DNA from: an uncultured Actinomycetes bacterium
GTDB taxonomy: Bacteria; Actinomycetota; UBA4738; HRBIN12
DNA: 64,000 bases
NCBI GenBank assembly: GCA_963695975.1
Contig: CAVOIB010000001.1
Location: 65,149-129,148 of the forward strand
Direction: 5' to 3'
Part shown: positions 57,201 through 64,000 of the stretch, in pieces
Numbering within the stretch: position 1 is the stretch's first letter
Layout: every line of letters begins with the position of its first letter
Notes under the pieces: model-generated
What the model was told of the DNA's origin: nothing
The model's input: only the letters and a program-made list of their open reading frames with translations
Database searches by the model: none
Translations under genes and position numbers: made by a program

Positions 57201-57401
57201 GCCGTCGAACGTTCCGAGGCGACGGACGATCTGAACATGCGCGCCGACACGCTCGTCGACCTGGGCGAGGTGCTGGATGCGGCCGGCGACCGTGAGGGCG
57301 CTGTATCCGCGTTCGACTCCGCGCTGGGTCTCTACGAGGAGAAGGGGAACGCGGCAGCGGTGGAGGTCACCCGACGCCGTTGGTCGGCGCTCGAGGGGTA
57401 G
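54207..57401 (+). CDS. multidomain signalling protein: zinc ribbon, class III cyclase (CHD), P-loop AAA/STAND-like ATPase, TPR repeats (1064 aa)
   Basis: CGSCGQDNPARARFCMSCAS; VVFCDVVDST…GDAVMAVFG…; GAAGVGKSRL; long C-terminal helical repeats. Third paralogue. Confidence 0.85.
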   Translation: MPVCGSCGQDNPARARFCMSCASPLVVEEPASHGARKTVTVVFCDVVDSTPLGERLDPESVRQVMTDFFREMRGALERHGGTVEKFIGDAVMAVFGVPLLHEDDAFRAVRAAQAMREALDGLNADLYRRFEVRLQTRIGVNTGEVVVGDAAAGQSLVVGDAVNIAARLEQAAGVGEILLGSVTHALVRDHVVAEPTEPLELKGKAGTIVAHRLVSVGAGPDAPGARPDPPLVGRADELEVLRSSFERAVRERSCAMVTILGAAGVGKSRLAREFVPSHEPGALVLRARCLPYGDGITFWPVADLVKQVCGIDDGEGRAEARAKIDAALSGCEAGPLVAERVAAVTGFADSTAGLEETFWGIRRFLEWSGRFRPLVVVLDDLQWAEPTFLDLVEYLGGWSRGVAMLLLCLARPDLTDLRTTWGSGIPNATVLPLSPLDDLESERLVSELLGGERLDERVYARIAEFAGGNPLFLEEMLRMLEDDDLLRRQDGRWVASEDLGDFRVPESIQALLSARLDRLSQEERLVIRAASVIGKVFWWGAVKELAPEAIRPEVGTALQTLVRKDLIRPERSTFAGEDAFRFHHILIQEAAYRGTPKEVRADLHEAFANWVENVAGDRATELEEVMGYHLEQSYRYRVELAPVGERERALATRAALRLAPAGMRAFERRDIPAASDLLGRAEALLPQENAERRPLLLALGEVLAEAGDLKPAEAALDEAETLAEEAGDAASAANAGILRLVLLESTDPQRLSGGSIPEAERLIGILDSLGDDLGLARAWRLIGDLHWNHARYGAADEALARAIDHARRAGAMREEADALGRYTGSGTYGPAPVEEIERRCDELLERTTGSGYEAPALRALAWVRAMQGRFDDARGLVQRARAIFEDLGLRLRSTFVSETAGAIEMLAGDVVAAEREWRAGFDAAVEMGEQGFQSTVAALLAHALLRQGRLDEAEAMVTLSDRAGAEDDVSTQVIGRSAQARVLASRGQVDEAERVARDAVERSEATDDLNMRADTLVDLGEVLDAAGDREGAVSAFDSALGLYEEKGNAAAVEVTRRRWSALEG

Positions 57402-57415
57402 GACACCGACGCTCT

Positions 57416-58372
57416 CTAGCTTGCCTTGCGGAACCGTTCGAAACGCTCTTCGAGCAGTATCGGATCGGGTCGTGCCCCTCGCTGCCGGGGCAGCTGCATC
57501 TTCTCTCCGTGCACGCCCTGGAGGGTGTGTCGCAGCGTAGGCCCATCATGCTCTTCCAGGACGTCATCGCGAACCTGCACGACGTAGTCAGGTCGAATCC
57601 CCAGGACGTCGGCGTCGAAGGCGCGGTGGTGAGTCGCGCACATGGCGACTCCATTGGGGACAACGGGCTCGCCACCGTCCCGGTCTTCCTTGATGTGGGC
57701 TGCATCCAAAAGCTCTGGATGTCGCAGATTGCACAAGGCACACGATCCGCCGTAGGCGCTCAGCACGCGGATGCGGAATGCCGGCTGATGCAGTCGTCGT
57801 CTGACGATTGCCTCGGCGTACTGCCGACGAAGTGCGAGATCGGCGGGATGGAACATGCTGTCAGTCCATTGATCGCGCATCTCGTCTTCTAGTGCGACAA
57901 CGAATTGATGTTGCTCGGGCTCCTCACCGACCAACCACACCGGATACACGGGCATGTACAAACCTGGACTGATACCCAGGAACCAGATCAGCGGTTTGTT
58001 CAGCTCCATCGCGCGGCGCAGGGCCACGTTGTCGTAAGCGGCGTCGTCCGTTCCGCGCCACTTGTACCGCTGATACCCATCGGGACCGATCCCGTCGTCG
58101 TAAGGCCGATCCTGAGGGCGAGCAGCGTAGGTAGTCAGAATGCTCAGGGCAGCGTCGAGGCCCGTGACCTTGCGGATGCCGCGCATCCGTTGAATGAGCG
58201 CGATTCGGTGTCCATCTAGCTCGAACGCCTCCAGCTCTTTGTACGAGACCACGCCACCGCCCGCCGATTTGAGCCGGTCGAGATAGGCAAACGCAGTCGA
58301 GCGCAAGCGGTCATCGAAGTCGTCCGTGACCATCGGCGAAGTATCTCCCGAGGGACGAACGAGTCTCAACAA
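57416..58372 (-). CDS. HNH endonuclease with an uncharacterised N-terminal domain (possible restriction/defence nuclease), in a lower-GC segment
   Basis: HNH motif CALCNLRHPELLDAAHIKE…NGVAMCATHHRAFD. The N-terminal 200 aa (…YKWRGTDDAAYDN…) could be a modified-base-reading domain. GC about 60%. Confidence 0.65.
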   Translation of the reverse strand: MLRLVRPSGDTSPMVTDDFDDRLRSTAFAYLDRLKSAGGGVVSYKELEAFELDGHRIALIQRMRGIRKVTGLDAALSILTTYAARPQDRPYDDGIGPDGYQRYKWRGTDDAAYDNVALRRAMELNKPLIWFLGISPGLYMPVYPVWLVGEEPEQHQFVVALEDEMRDQWTDSMFHPADLALRRQYAEAIVRRRLHQPAFRIRVLSAYGGSCALCNLRHPELLDAAHIKEDRDGGEPVVPNGVAMCATHHRAFDADVLGIRPDYVVQVRDDVLEEHDGPTLRHTLQGVHGEKMQLPRQRGARPDPILLEERFERFRKAS

Positions 58373-58385
58373 CTAGCCCTGGATC

Positions 58386-58691
58386 GTGACGATCGTCGCA
58401 GTTGTTCCCTCGGGATCCTGGCTTGATGGGCGGGTTCTCGAGCAAAGGGGATGCGCATGCGACGCCTCTGGCGGCAGCGACTATGGAAACAAGGCACTGT
58501 TCGACGTAATCAAGATGTCGTTGATCGATGGTGTTTCGTGTGGCGCGATCCTGATGCCCCAGCGATACACCACACCCAGAAAGACTTGGGGAGCCCCATA
58601 CGACAAGGGTCAACGGGATCTGGAAGCACTCCTCGCGCACCAAGCCAGAGTCAAGTTGCCCCTAGCAGGGATTCTGCTCATCGGCTACTGA
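58386..58691 (+). CDS. hypothetical protein in the low-GC segment
   Basis: 101-aa ORF, GC about 55%. No homology recognised. Confidence 0.2.
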   Translation: MTIVAVVPSGSWLDGRVLEQRGCACDASGGSDYGNKALFDVIKMSLIDGVSCGAILMPQRYTTPRKTWGAPYDKGQRDLEALLAHQARVKLPLAGILLIGY

Positions 58692-58861
58692 ATGTGTTAG
58701 TTAGTCCCACGACCGTCCACCCCAAGGCGACACCACGGAGGAAGCTGTTCCTCGTCCGGGTGCCGAGTCGATTAGGCCTGTCACACCAGCGGACGCCGTC
58801 TGCTCCGCATCTTCCGATTGTGTGCCTGTCTTGCTAGATCCAGATGAGCGCGACCGACGCT

Positions 58862-58950
58862 ACGAGCAACACCGCGAGCGTGATGCTGACGCCTCGCCTC
58901 GACCTTTCATCTGAGCAGATCGCGAGCGTGATGCTCACACCTCGCCGCGA
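58862..58950. repeat. imperfect tandem direct repeat (about 48-nt period; core GCGAGCGTGATGCT[G/C]AC[G/A]CCTCGCC) at the 3' side of the LysE gene
   Basis: Read in the sequence. Confidence 0.35.
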
Positions 58951-59468
58951 CTTCGTCGTCCCTGGCCGAGCGCGACGCCGCCGACGGCCCAGATGGACGA
59001 CGATCCGACGACGACCACCATCAGCACGCCGGTGAGCGAGGCGATCGCCAGACCTCGGGGCAATCCCGCCGGGAGGAACGCTGCCACCGCGGCGACCGCG
59101 AACACCCACGCCTTCGGGTTCAGGCACTGGAACCAGATCGCCTGCCACAGGGTCAAGGGCGACGCGACGTCCTTCCGTGTCACCGACCCGCCCTGCAGCA
59201 CCAGGTACGCGATGTACAGCAGGTAGACCGAGCCCACGAGCTTCAGGGCGGTCTCGGCGGCGGGCACGGCTTCGAGCAGCGCGCCGATGCCGGCTGCGAT
59301 GGCGATCGCGAGCGCGCCGATCCCGACCGCCGTCCCCAGCACGTGAGGCATGGTTCGGCGGAACCCGAACCGCAGACCCGATGCCCACAGCACGGCGTTG
59401 TTCGGACCGGGCGACACAGACCCCACGAACGCGAACGCGACGAGACCCGCGAGTTCCTTCACGACCAT
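58935..59468 (-). CDS. LysE/RhtB-family amino-acid exporter
   Basis: Six TM helices. N-terminal …FVGSVSPGPNNAVLWASG… is a LysE signature. ATG at 59468. Confidence 0.7.
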   Translation of the reverse strand: MVVKELAGLVAFAFVGSVSPGPNNAVLWASGLRFGFRRTMPHVLGTAVGIGALAIAIAAGIGALLEAVPAAETALKLVGSVYLLYIAYLVLQGGSVTRKDVASPLTLWQAIWFQCLNPKAWVFAVAAVAAFLPAGLPRGLAIASLTGVLMVVVVGSSSIWAVGGVALGQGRRSRGEV

Positions 59469-60315
59469 GATTCCAGCGGGTCGGGTGCGGAGGGTCTTGT
59501 ACGATCGGCGCATCGTGAGCGTGGCGCAGGAGTGGGTCCGCGCATGGAAGCCGGCGGTGCCGGGCATCCACGAGGTCTTCCACGCGCGGTTCATCGAGCA
59601 CGCGTATCCGCGTCACACGCACGACACGTGGACCGTCTTCATGGTCGACCAGGGCGCGATCCGGTACGACCTGGACGCGAAGCATCGCGGCGCGGCCGGG
59701 CCGCGGGTGACGCTCCTGCCGCCGCACGTCGTGCATGACGGTCGTCCCGCCACGGGTGCCGGGTTCCGCAAGCGCGTCCTGTACGTGGGCACCGATGTGT
59801 TGGACGAAGGGCTCATCGGGCGAGCGGTCGACGCTCCCGACGTCGAGGATCGCGTCACCGTCGGGCTGCTCGATCGCGTGCATCGCGCGCTGGAGCACTC
59901 GGGCGACGCGCTCGCTGCCGAGTCGCTGTTCGCGGTGTTCGCGCGGCGTCTGAAGGATCACCTGGGGCAGGCGGCCGACGCACGACCCGAGCGGCCCGAT
60001 GCCCAGATCGCGAGCGACCTGCGCGACCTGTTGGACGAGCGGCGGTTCGAACCGTTCACGCTCCGCGAGGCCGGCGGCATCCTGCACGTGTCGCCGGCGC
60101 ATCTGGTCCGCTGCTTCACGCGCGCGTACGGGATCGCGCCTCACCGGTACCTGCTGGGGCGGCGGATCGACGCGGCCCGCCGGGGGCTCCTGGACGGCCG
60201 GCCGATCGCCGACGTGGCGGCGAGCGTGGGATTCCACGACCAGGCCCACCTGACGCGTCACTTCAAGCGGCACGTGGGCACCACGCCCGCCCGATTCGCG
60301 TCGCGTCCGCGGTAG
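59467..60315 (+). CDS. AraC-family transcriptional regulator (cupin-like N-domain plus C-terminal HTH_18)
   Basis: C-terminal …GILHVSPAHLVRCFTRAYGIAPHRYLLGRRIDAARRGLL…VGFHDQAHLTRHFKRHVGTTP. Divergent from lysE with overlapping start codons. Confidence 0.75.
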   Translation: MIPAGRVRRVLYDRRIVSVAQEWVRAWKPAVPGIHEVFHARFIEHAYPRHTHDTWTVFMVDQGAIRYDLDAKHRGAAGPRVTLLPPHVVHDGRPATGAGFRKRVLYVGTDVLDEGLIGRAVDAPDVEDRVTVGLLDRVHRALEHSGDALAAESLFAVFARRLKDHLGQAADARPERPDAQIASDLRDLLDERRFEPFTLREAGGILHVSPAHLVRCFTRAYGIAPHRYLLGRRIDAARRGLLDGRPIADVAASVGFHDQAHLTRHFKRHVGTTPARFASRPR

Positions 60316-60318
60316 GGG

Positions 60319-60930
60319 TCAGTCCAGCGCGAACGTGCCCGTGACGACCTCGCCTGCCCGCTCGTACGTACCGATCACGACTCCCGTGGTGGATACCGTG
60401 CTGTCGACGAGCTTCAGCCCCGAGGGGATCGTGCCGTCCGCGAACAGGCGTTTGCCCGACCCGAGGACGAGCGGGAAGACCCACAGACGGAACTCGTCGA
60501 CCAGGTCGTGGCGCAAGAGCGTCTGGATCAGGTCCCCGCTGCCATGCACCTGCAGCTCCGGTCCATCTCCATCCTTGAGCGCCGCGACCCCTTCGGCCGC
60601 GTCTCCCTCGATCAGAACCGACCTGCTCCATTCCAGCGTGGGATGAGTCCGCGACGCGACGTACTTGGTGGCGTCGTTCAATGGCTTGGCGCCCTGATCG
60701 TCTGAGGCGTGCGGCCAGTGCGCGGCGAAGATGTCGTACGTCTTGCGTCCGAGAACGAGGTCGAACGGGGCGCTCATCGCATCGCCCATGACCTGACCCA
60801 TCTGGTCGTCCCAATAGTTCACCGACCAGCCACCGTGCGCGAAGCCGCCGCTGTCGTCCTCTCCAGGTCCGCCTGGGGCCTGCATGACCCCGTCGAGGGT
60901 CAAGAACGTGCTCACGATCAGCTTCCTCAT
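60319..60930 (-). CDS. dihydrofolate-reductase-like (RibD C-terminal domain family) protein
   Basis: MRKLIVSTFLTLDGVMQAPGGPGED…LVDEFRLWVFPLVLGSGKRLF. Confidence 0.65.
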   Translation of the reverse strand: MRKLIVSTFLTLDGVMQAPGGPGEDDSGGFAHGGWSVNYWDDQMGQVMGDAMSAPFDLVLGRKTYDIFAAHWPHASDDQGAKPLNDATKYVASRTHPTLEWSRSVLIEGDAAEGVAALKDGDGPELQVHGSGDLIQTLLRHDLVDEFRLWVFPLVLGSGKRLFADGTIPSGLKLVDSTVSTTGVVIGTYERAGEVVTGTFALD

Positions 60931-60982
60931 GTCTCGCGTCCTCCCGACTTGAGTGGAACCCCCGGCAGGATAAGGCACCCCG

Positions 60983-62026
60983 CTAGTCGGCGAAGTCGGT
61001 CTTCACGCCGAGCAGCCGCACCTTGCGGTCGATCTCGAACCGCTCGAGCGCGGTGAGCGCGCCGGCTTCGATCGCCTCCAGGTCCGTCGTCTGCTCGGCA
61101 AGCTTCACGGCCTTCTGCTGCGTGAAGAACGGCGCGAAGCGCACCTTGACCGTCACCCGCATCACGGCGCGGCCATCCTTGCGGATGTCCTCCATCAGTT
61201 CGCGCGTGAGGCGGAGCAACTCCTCCCGGATCAGGTCTGCATCGTCCAGGTCCTGCTGGAACGTGCGTTCTCGGCTGACCCCCTTCGCGATCCACGGTTC
61301 GGCGCTCACCTCCGAGCTGCCTTCGCCCATCCCCAGCTGGTGCAGCCACGGGCCGGTCTTCGGGCCGAAGGCCGACGCCAGCCGCGTCTCGTCGGTCGCG
61401 GCCAGCTCCGACACCGTCCGGATCCCCAACTGGGCGAGCCTCCGCGCGGTTTTCGAGCCGATCCCCCACAGGGCGTCGGTGGGGAGGGCGCCCATCACCT
61501 CGTCCCAGTTCCCGCGCGTCAGGCTGAACACGCCGCGAGGTTTCGCGAAACCGCTCCCGAGTTTCGCGCGGAGCTTGGTGTCGCCGACTCCGATCGAGCA
61601 CCATAGGTCGGTGCGCTCCAGCACCGCCGCCTGCACTTCGCGCGCGAACGCCTCGGGGTCGTCCGCCTCGATCGCCATGAAGGCCTCGTCCCAGCCCCAC
61701 ACCTCGACGACGGCCGGGAACGACCGGAGCACGTCCATCACCCGCTTCGACGCCTCGTCGTAGGCGTCCCGGTCCACCGGCAGGAACACGGCATCGGGGT
61801 TCTTCTTGAACGCCGTGCGGAGCGGCATGCCCGATCCGATCCCGAACGTCCGCGCGACGTAGTTCGCGGTCGAGACGACGCCGCGCTTCGTCGGGTCGCC
61901 GTTGGCCGCACTGCTCGGGGAAAAGTGCACGGGATCGCCGCTTTCGTCCACGTGCTCGCCCTCGGCAAAACTGGGCGGCGGGTTCTGCGGCGGCGGCGGT
62001 GGCAGATCGGTGCGCTTGTTGCTCAT
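60983..62026 (-). CDS. dinB: DNA polymerase IV (DinB) with an aberrant N-terminus (Pro-rich extension; the canonical DxD 'HVDMDAFF' segment is replaced)
   Basis: Residues from …RGVVSTANYVARTFGIGSGMP… through the WGWDEAF catalytic motif, little finger and C-terminus are canonical DinB. The N-terminal 45 aa read MSNKRTDLPPPPPQNPPPSFAEGEHVDESGDPVHF. The reading frame is open into the upstream low-GC FecR-like gene. Confidence 0.65.
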   Translation of the reverse strand: MSNKRTDLPPPPPQNPPPSFAEGEHVDESGDPVHFSPSSAANGDPTKRGVVSTANYVARTFGIGSGMPLRTAFKKNPDAVFLPVDRDAYDEASKRVMDVLRSFPAVVEVWGWDEAFMAIEADDPEAFAREVQAAVLERTDLWCSIGVGDTKLRAKLGSGFAKPRGVFSLTRGNWDEVMGALPTDALWGIGSKTARRLAQLGIRTVSELAATDETRLASAFGPKTGPWLHQLGMGEGSSEVSAEPWIAKGVSRERTFQQDLDDADLIREELLRLTRELMEDIRKDGRAVMRVTVKVRFAPFFTQQKAVKLAEQTTDLEAIEAGALTALERFEIDRKVRLLGVKTDFAD

Positions 62027-62597
62027 GACCGGCCTCGCGTCCTGATTCTGCACGTAGTAGGACTCGCCGTCGGTCACGGCTAGACAACCCTCGCCATTGC
62101 ACACTTCGATTTCGCCCTCCCCAACCATGCCGATGATCCTCCAGTACTGGATCGTGTACTCGGTGCCGCGAATTCCGATCGTGGCCGCCGTAGTGCTGAC
62201 TTGGTAGTTCTTCCTATTGGAGCGGCCGACGACCCCGGTAATTGTGCGAAGGCCGCCTTTGAGTAGGCTCAGGAATGTTCTCTCCGAGCCGTCCTGCTTG
62301 CCCCTCGAAACGGTATTGGTCGATGCGAAACGCCGATTCCGGCTGCAAGGACACGTATGCGCCGTCGGTGAAGCGCAATTGCGCCCGGCCGTTATTGGTA
62401 TTGATGGTCTCGCCTTCGTCGAGCTGCCCTCCCTTCGCCAGAGCCCGGCTCTGCCCATTTGCAGTGACTGCAGTGACATTGCCGACCGCAAAGTCCACCC
62501 TTGCGGCCGGCGCTGAATAACCCGTGACAGGGTAGGCAGCAGCAATTGTGGCAAGCAACGCTGCGCGAGTAATTCGATGGAACTGAATCTGGCGCAT
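62027..62597 (-). CDS. signal-peptide-bearing FecR-like domain protein with a frameshift near 62296-62306, in low-GC DNA
   Basis: MRQIQFHRITRAALLATIAAAYPVTGYSA signal peptide; …AQLRFTDGAYVSLQPESAFRI… (FecR-like); the +1 frame continues with …TATIGIRGTEYTIQY…GEGEIEVCNGEGCLAV… No stop before the dinB start. Confidence 0.4.
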
Positions 62598-62898
62598 GAT
62601 TTGGCACCTCTCCCTTGCTTGAAATCCAACCTGACCTTTGACTTGTCTTGCCGCTGACTGATCTATGCCTTCGTCCGTCACTCAAGTGACATTTATTCCC
62701 CCGACGATATGCTCGTCGATTCCAGCCATCGATCAATCAGCGCCCCGTACTACTCGGCGACCGGCGTCTCAGCTCTCGGCCAGGAAAGCCCCGGCTGTGC
62801 CACACCTTCCTTCAAGGCGATAAACGCGCCAAATCCTTCGCACGCCGTTCCCAAAATGTTTCTTGTAGATTTCGCCGGCCACCTCTTTCGTGTTGCCC

Positions 62899-64000
62899 CT
62901 ACATGTCCTGTCGCAACGTAATCTGATAGACCACGCGGTCGAACTCGTTGATCGGAATGTTCGAGTCGTTCCGGGTCCAGGCCGCCTGAGGCGTTACCCG
63001 TACACCTTTCTTCGGGAAGAAGATCAGGCCCGTTGAAGCGTTGTACTGGGTGTCCGCGCGATTGACCGCAAACAACGGGTCGGGGCCACCGTAGTCGCGC
63101 TGTTCCCCGCTCACATTAAGGAAAAAAGCGACCTTCTCGCCGAAGTTCCACTGCGTTCCCAACCGTGCGCCGTAAAGATCATGCCCGAACTCTGGCGCAC
63201 CGTCGGCTTTTTCGTCCTCGACGCCGCCGTAGGCGCCCAGATAGGTAATCAGGGTGCCGCGGCCGAAGGCATGGGCATAACCCGCACCCCCCACGTAGCG
63301 GTCCGCATCGCGAATGTTCTGACCCGGATACTTGAGTTGACTGAACTGGGCGAAAAAGCTGATCTGGTTGCGAGAATCAAAGTCGTACTGCCACTGACCT
63401 GTCACGCCGGACGCATCGCGGTAGGCCTTTTGATAGACCTGAGGGTTGTTCACGAAGAAGGAGTTGTATTGTGCCCCCAGCGTAAGCGTATTACGGTCAC
63501 GCCGGTAACTCAGACCGAGGTTGGCGTCGTAGTAATACGTAGAGAAATCGGTTTCGTTGTGGTTGGACTTGTTGTAGTAAGCCAAACCGCCGAAGAGCCC
63601 GAGTCTCTTCGTGAACGGATGCTGGAAGCTCAACCCGCCGCCGAAACTGATGAACGTGTCTTCCTGTTCGGTGGAACTGGGCGTGAGGGAGGTTACCGCA
63701 CCGCCAAAAGCGGGCACCGCCACCTGGCTGTCGGCGGTGGCGCTGTTGACGTTGCTGTCGTGGCCGAAGCCGATTTCCACGAATCCGTTGAAGGGCGGGC
63801 GTCGGACTCTCGACCTCGAGAGCCGAGAGATAGCGGTCGATGCTCTGCCACCGCCTCGGGCGGGTTGGCGTTCCGGACGTTCTCGAACTCGCGCTTGGCA
63901 TTCTCCTTCTCGCCCAGCTCGAAATAGGCGCGGGCGATCTCGGCGCGGGCCTGCGCGTAATTCGGATTAACGGCGAGGACGCGTTCGAGCGCGAAAACCG
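62899..64000 (-). CDS. Gram-negative-type outer-membrane beta-barrel-like protein with an N-terminal TPR-like segment (PgaA/BcsC/Slam-like architecture). Runs off the window and is frame-disrupted at 63781-63900.
   Basis: Barrel part (ORF 62899..63780) has alternating aromatic/Gly/Asn strand patterns (…LGLFGGLAYYNKSNHNETDFSTYYYDANLGLSYR…). Upstream are TPR-like helices (…AVNPNYAQARAEIARAYFELGEKENAKREFENV…) in other frames. GC about 57%. Confidence 0.35.

Noticed and set aside
1-64000. Search for CRISPR arrays, rRNA genes, and transposase/integrase or IS elements
   Set aside because: No regularly spaced direct repeats, no rRNA-like sequence, and no transposase/integrase ORFs were seen. This holds even around the lower-GC segments and tRNA genes.

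Overview
This is a high-GC (about 70%) chromosomal window that looks actinobacterial. The evidence is the gluT-aspT-pheU-type tRNA cluster, a purF-purM pair, a BCKDH-type operon, glnA/glnE, and AAGGAGG Shine-Dalgarno sites. Gene density is high. Several operons are tightly translationally coupled through ATGA/GTGA/TGATG start-stop overlaps.

Main content, in order:
- Purine biosynthesis genes: purL C-terminal end, purF, purM.
- An ECF sigma factor coupled to ogt (methylated-DNA-protein-cysteine methyltransferase).
- Two tandem orphan CheY-like receiver proteins.
- A minus-strand operon running E1alpha-E1beta-E2 (2-oxoacid dehydrogenase), then a cytoplasmic PF01497-like binding protein, an EamA exporter, a nucleoside phosphorylase, a 75-aa protein and a hotdog thioesterase.
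- Four tRNAs: Phe, Asp, Glu and Lys.
- Three very large paralogous signalling proteins. Each has a zinc ribbon, one or two class III nucleotidyl-cyclase (CHD) domains, a P-loop/AAA (STAND-like) ATPase and TPR repeats.
- A degraded fragment of a fourth paralogue next to tRNA-Lys.
- A small cupin-CHD cyclase and a split LuxR (TPR+HTH) regulator.
- nadE, glnA and RidA-glnE.
- An AmmeMemoRadiSam radical-SAM plus Memo pair.
- A second ECF sigma with an anti-sigma-like partner.
- Assorted enzymes: SDR, Zn-ADH, VOC, ABM, SnoaL, beta-lactamase-like, BNR/sialidase-like, class IV aminotransferase.

Notable anomalies:
- At least five CDSs (SIMPL, a secreted FN3 protein, glnA, glnE, a FecR-like gene) carry single-base frameshifts at short G/C runs. 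This pattern points to systematic indel errors or gene decay.
- Three stretches of lower GC (about 55-60%) look acquired: a secreted FN3/Cys-rich protein; an HNH endonuclease island; and the last ~2 kb, where a FecR-like gene and a Gram-negative-type TPR+beta-barrel OMP-like gene adjoin a DinB with an aberrant N-terminus. That last stretch could also be an assembly chimera.

No CRISPR array, rRNA gene or transposase was found. My own coordinates may be off by 1-2 nt in places.
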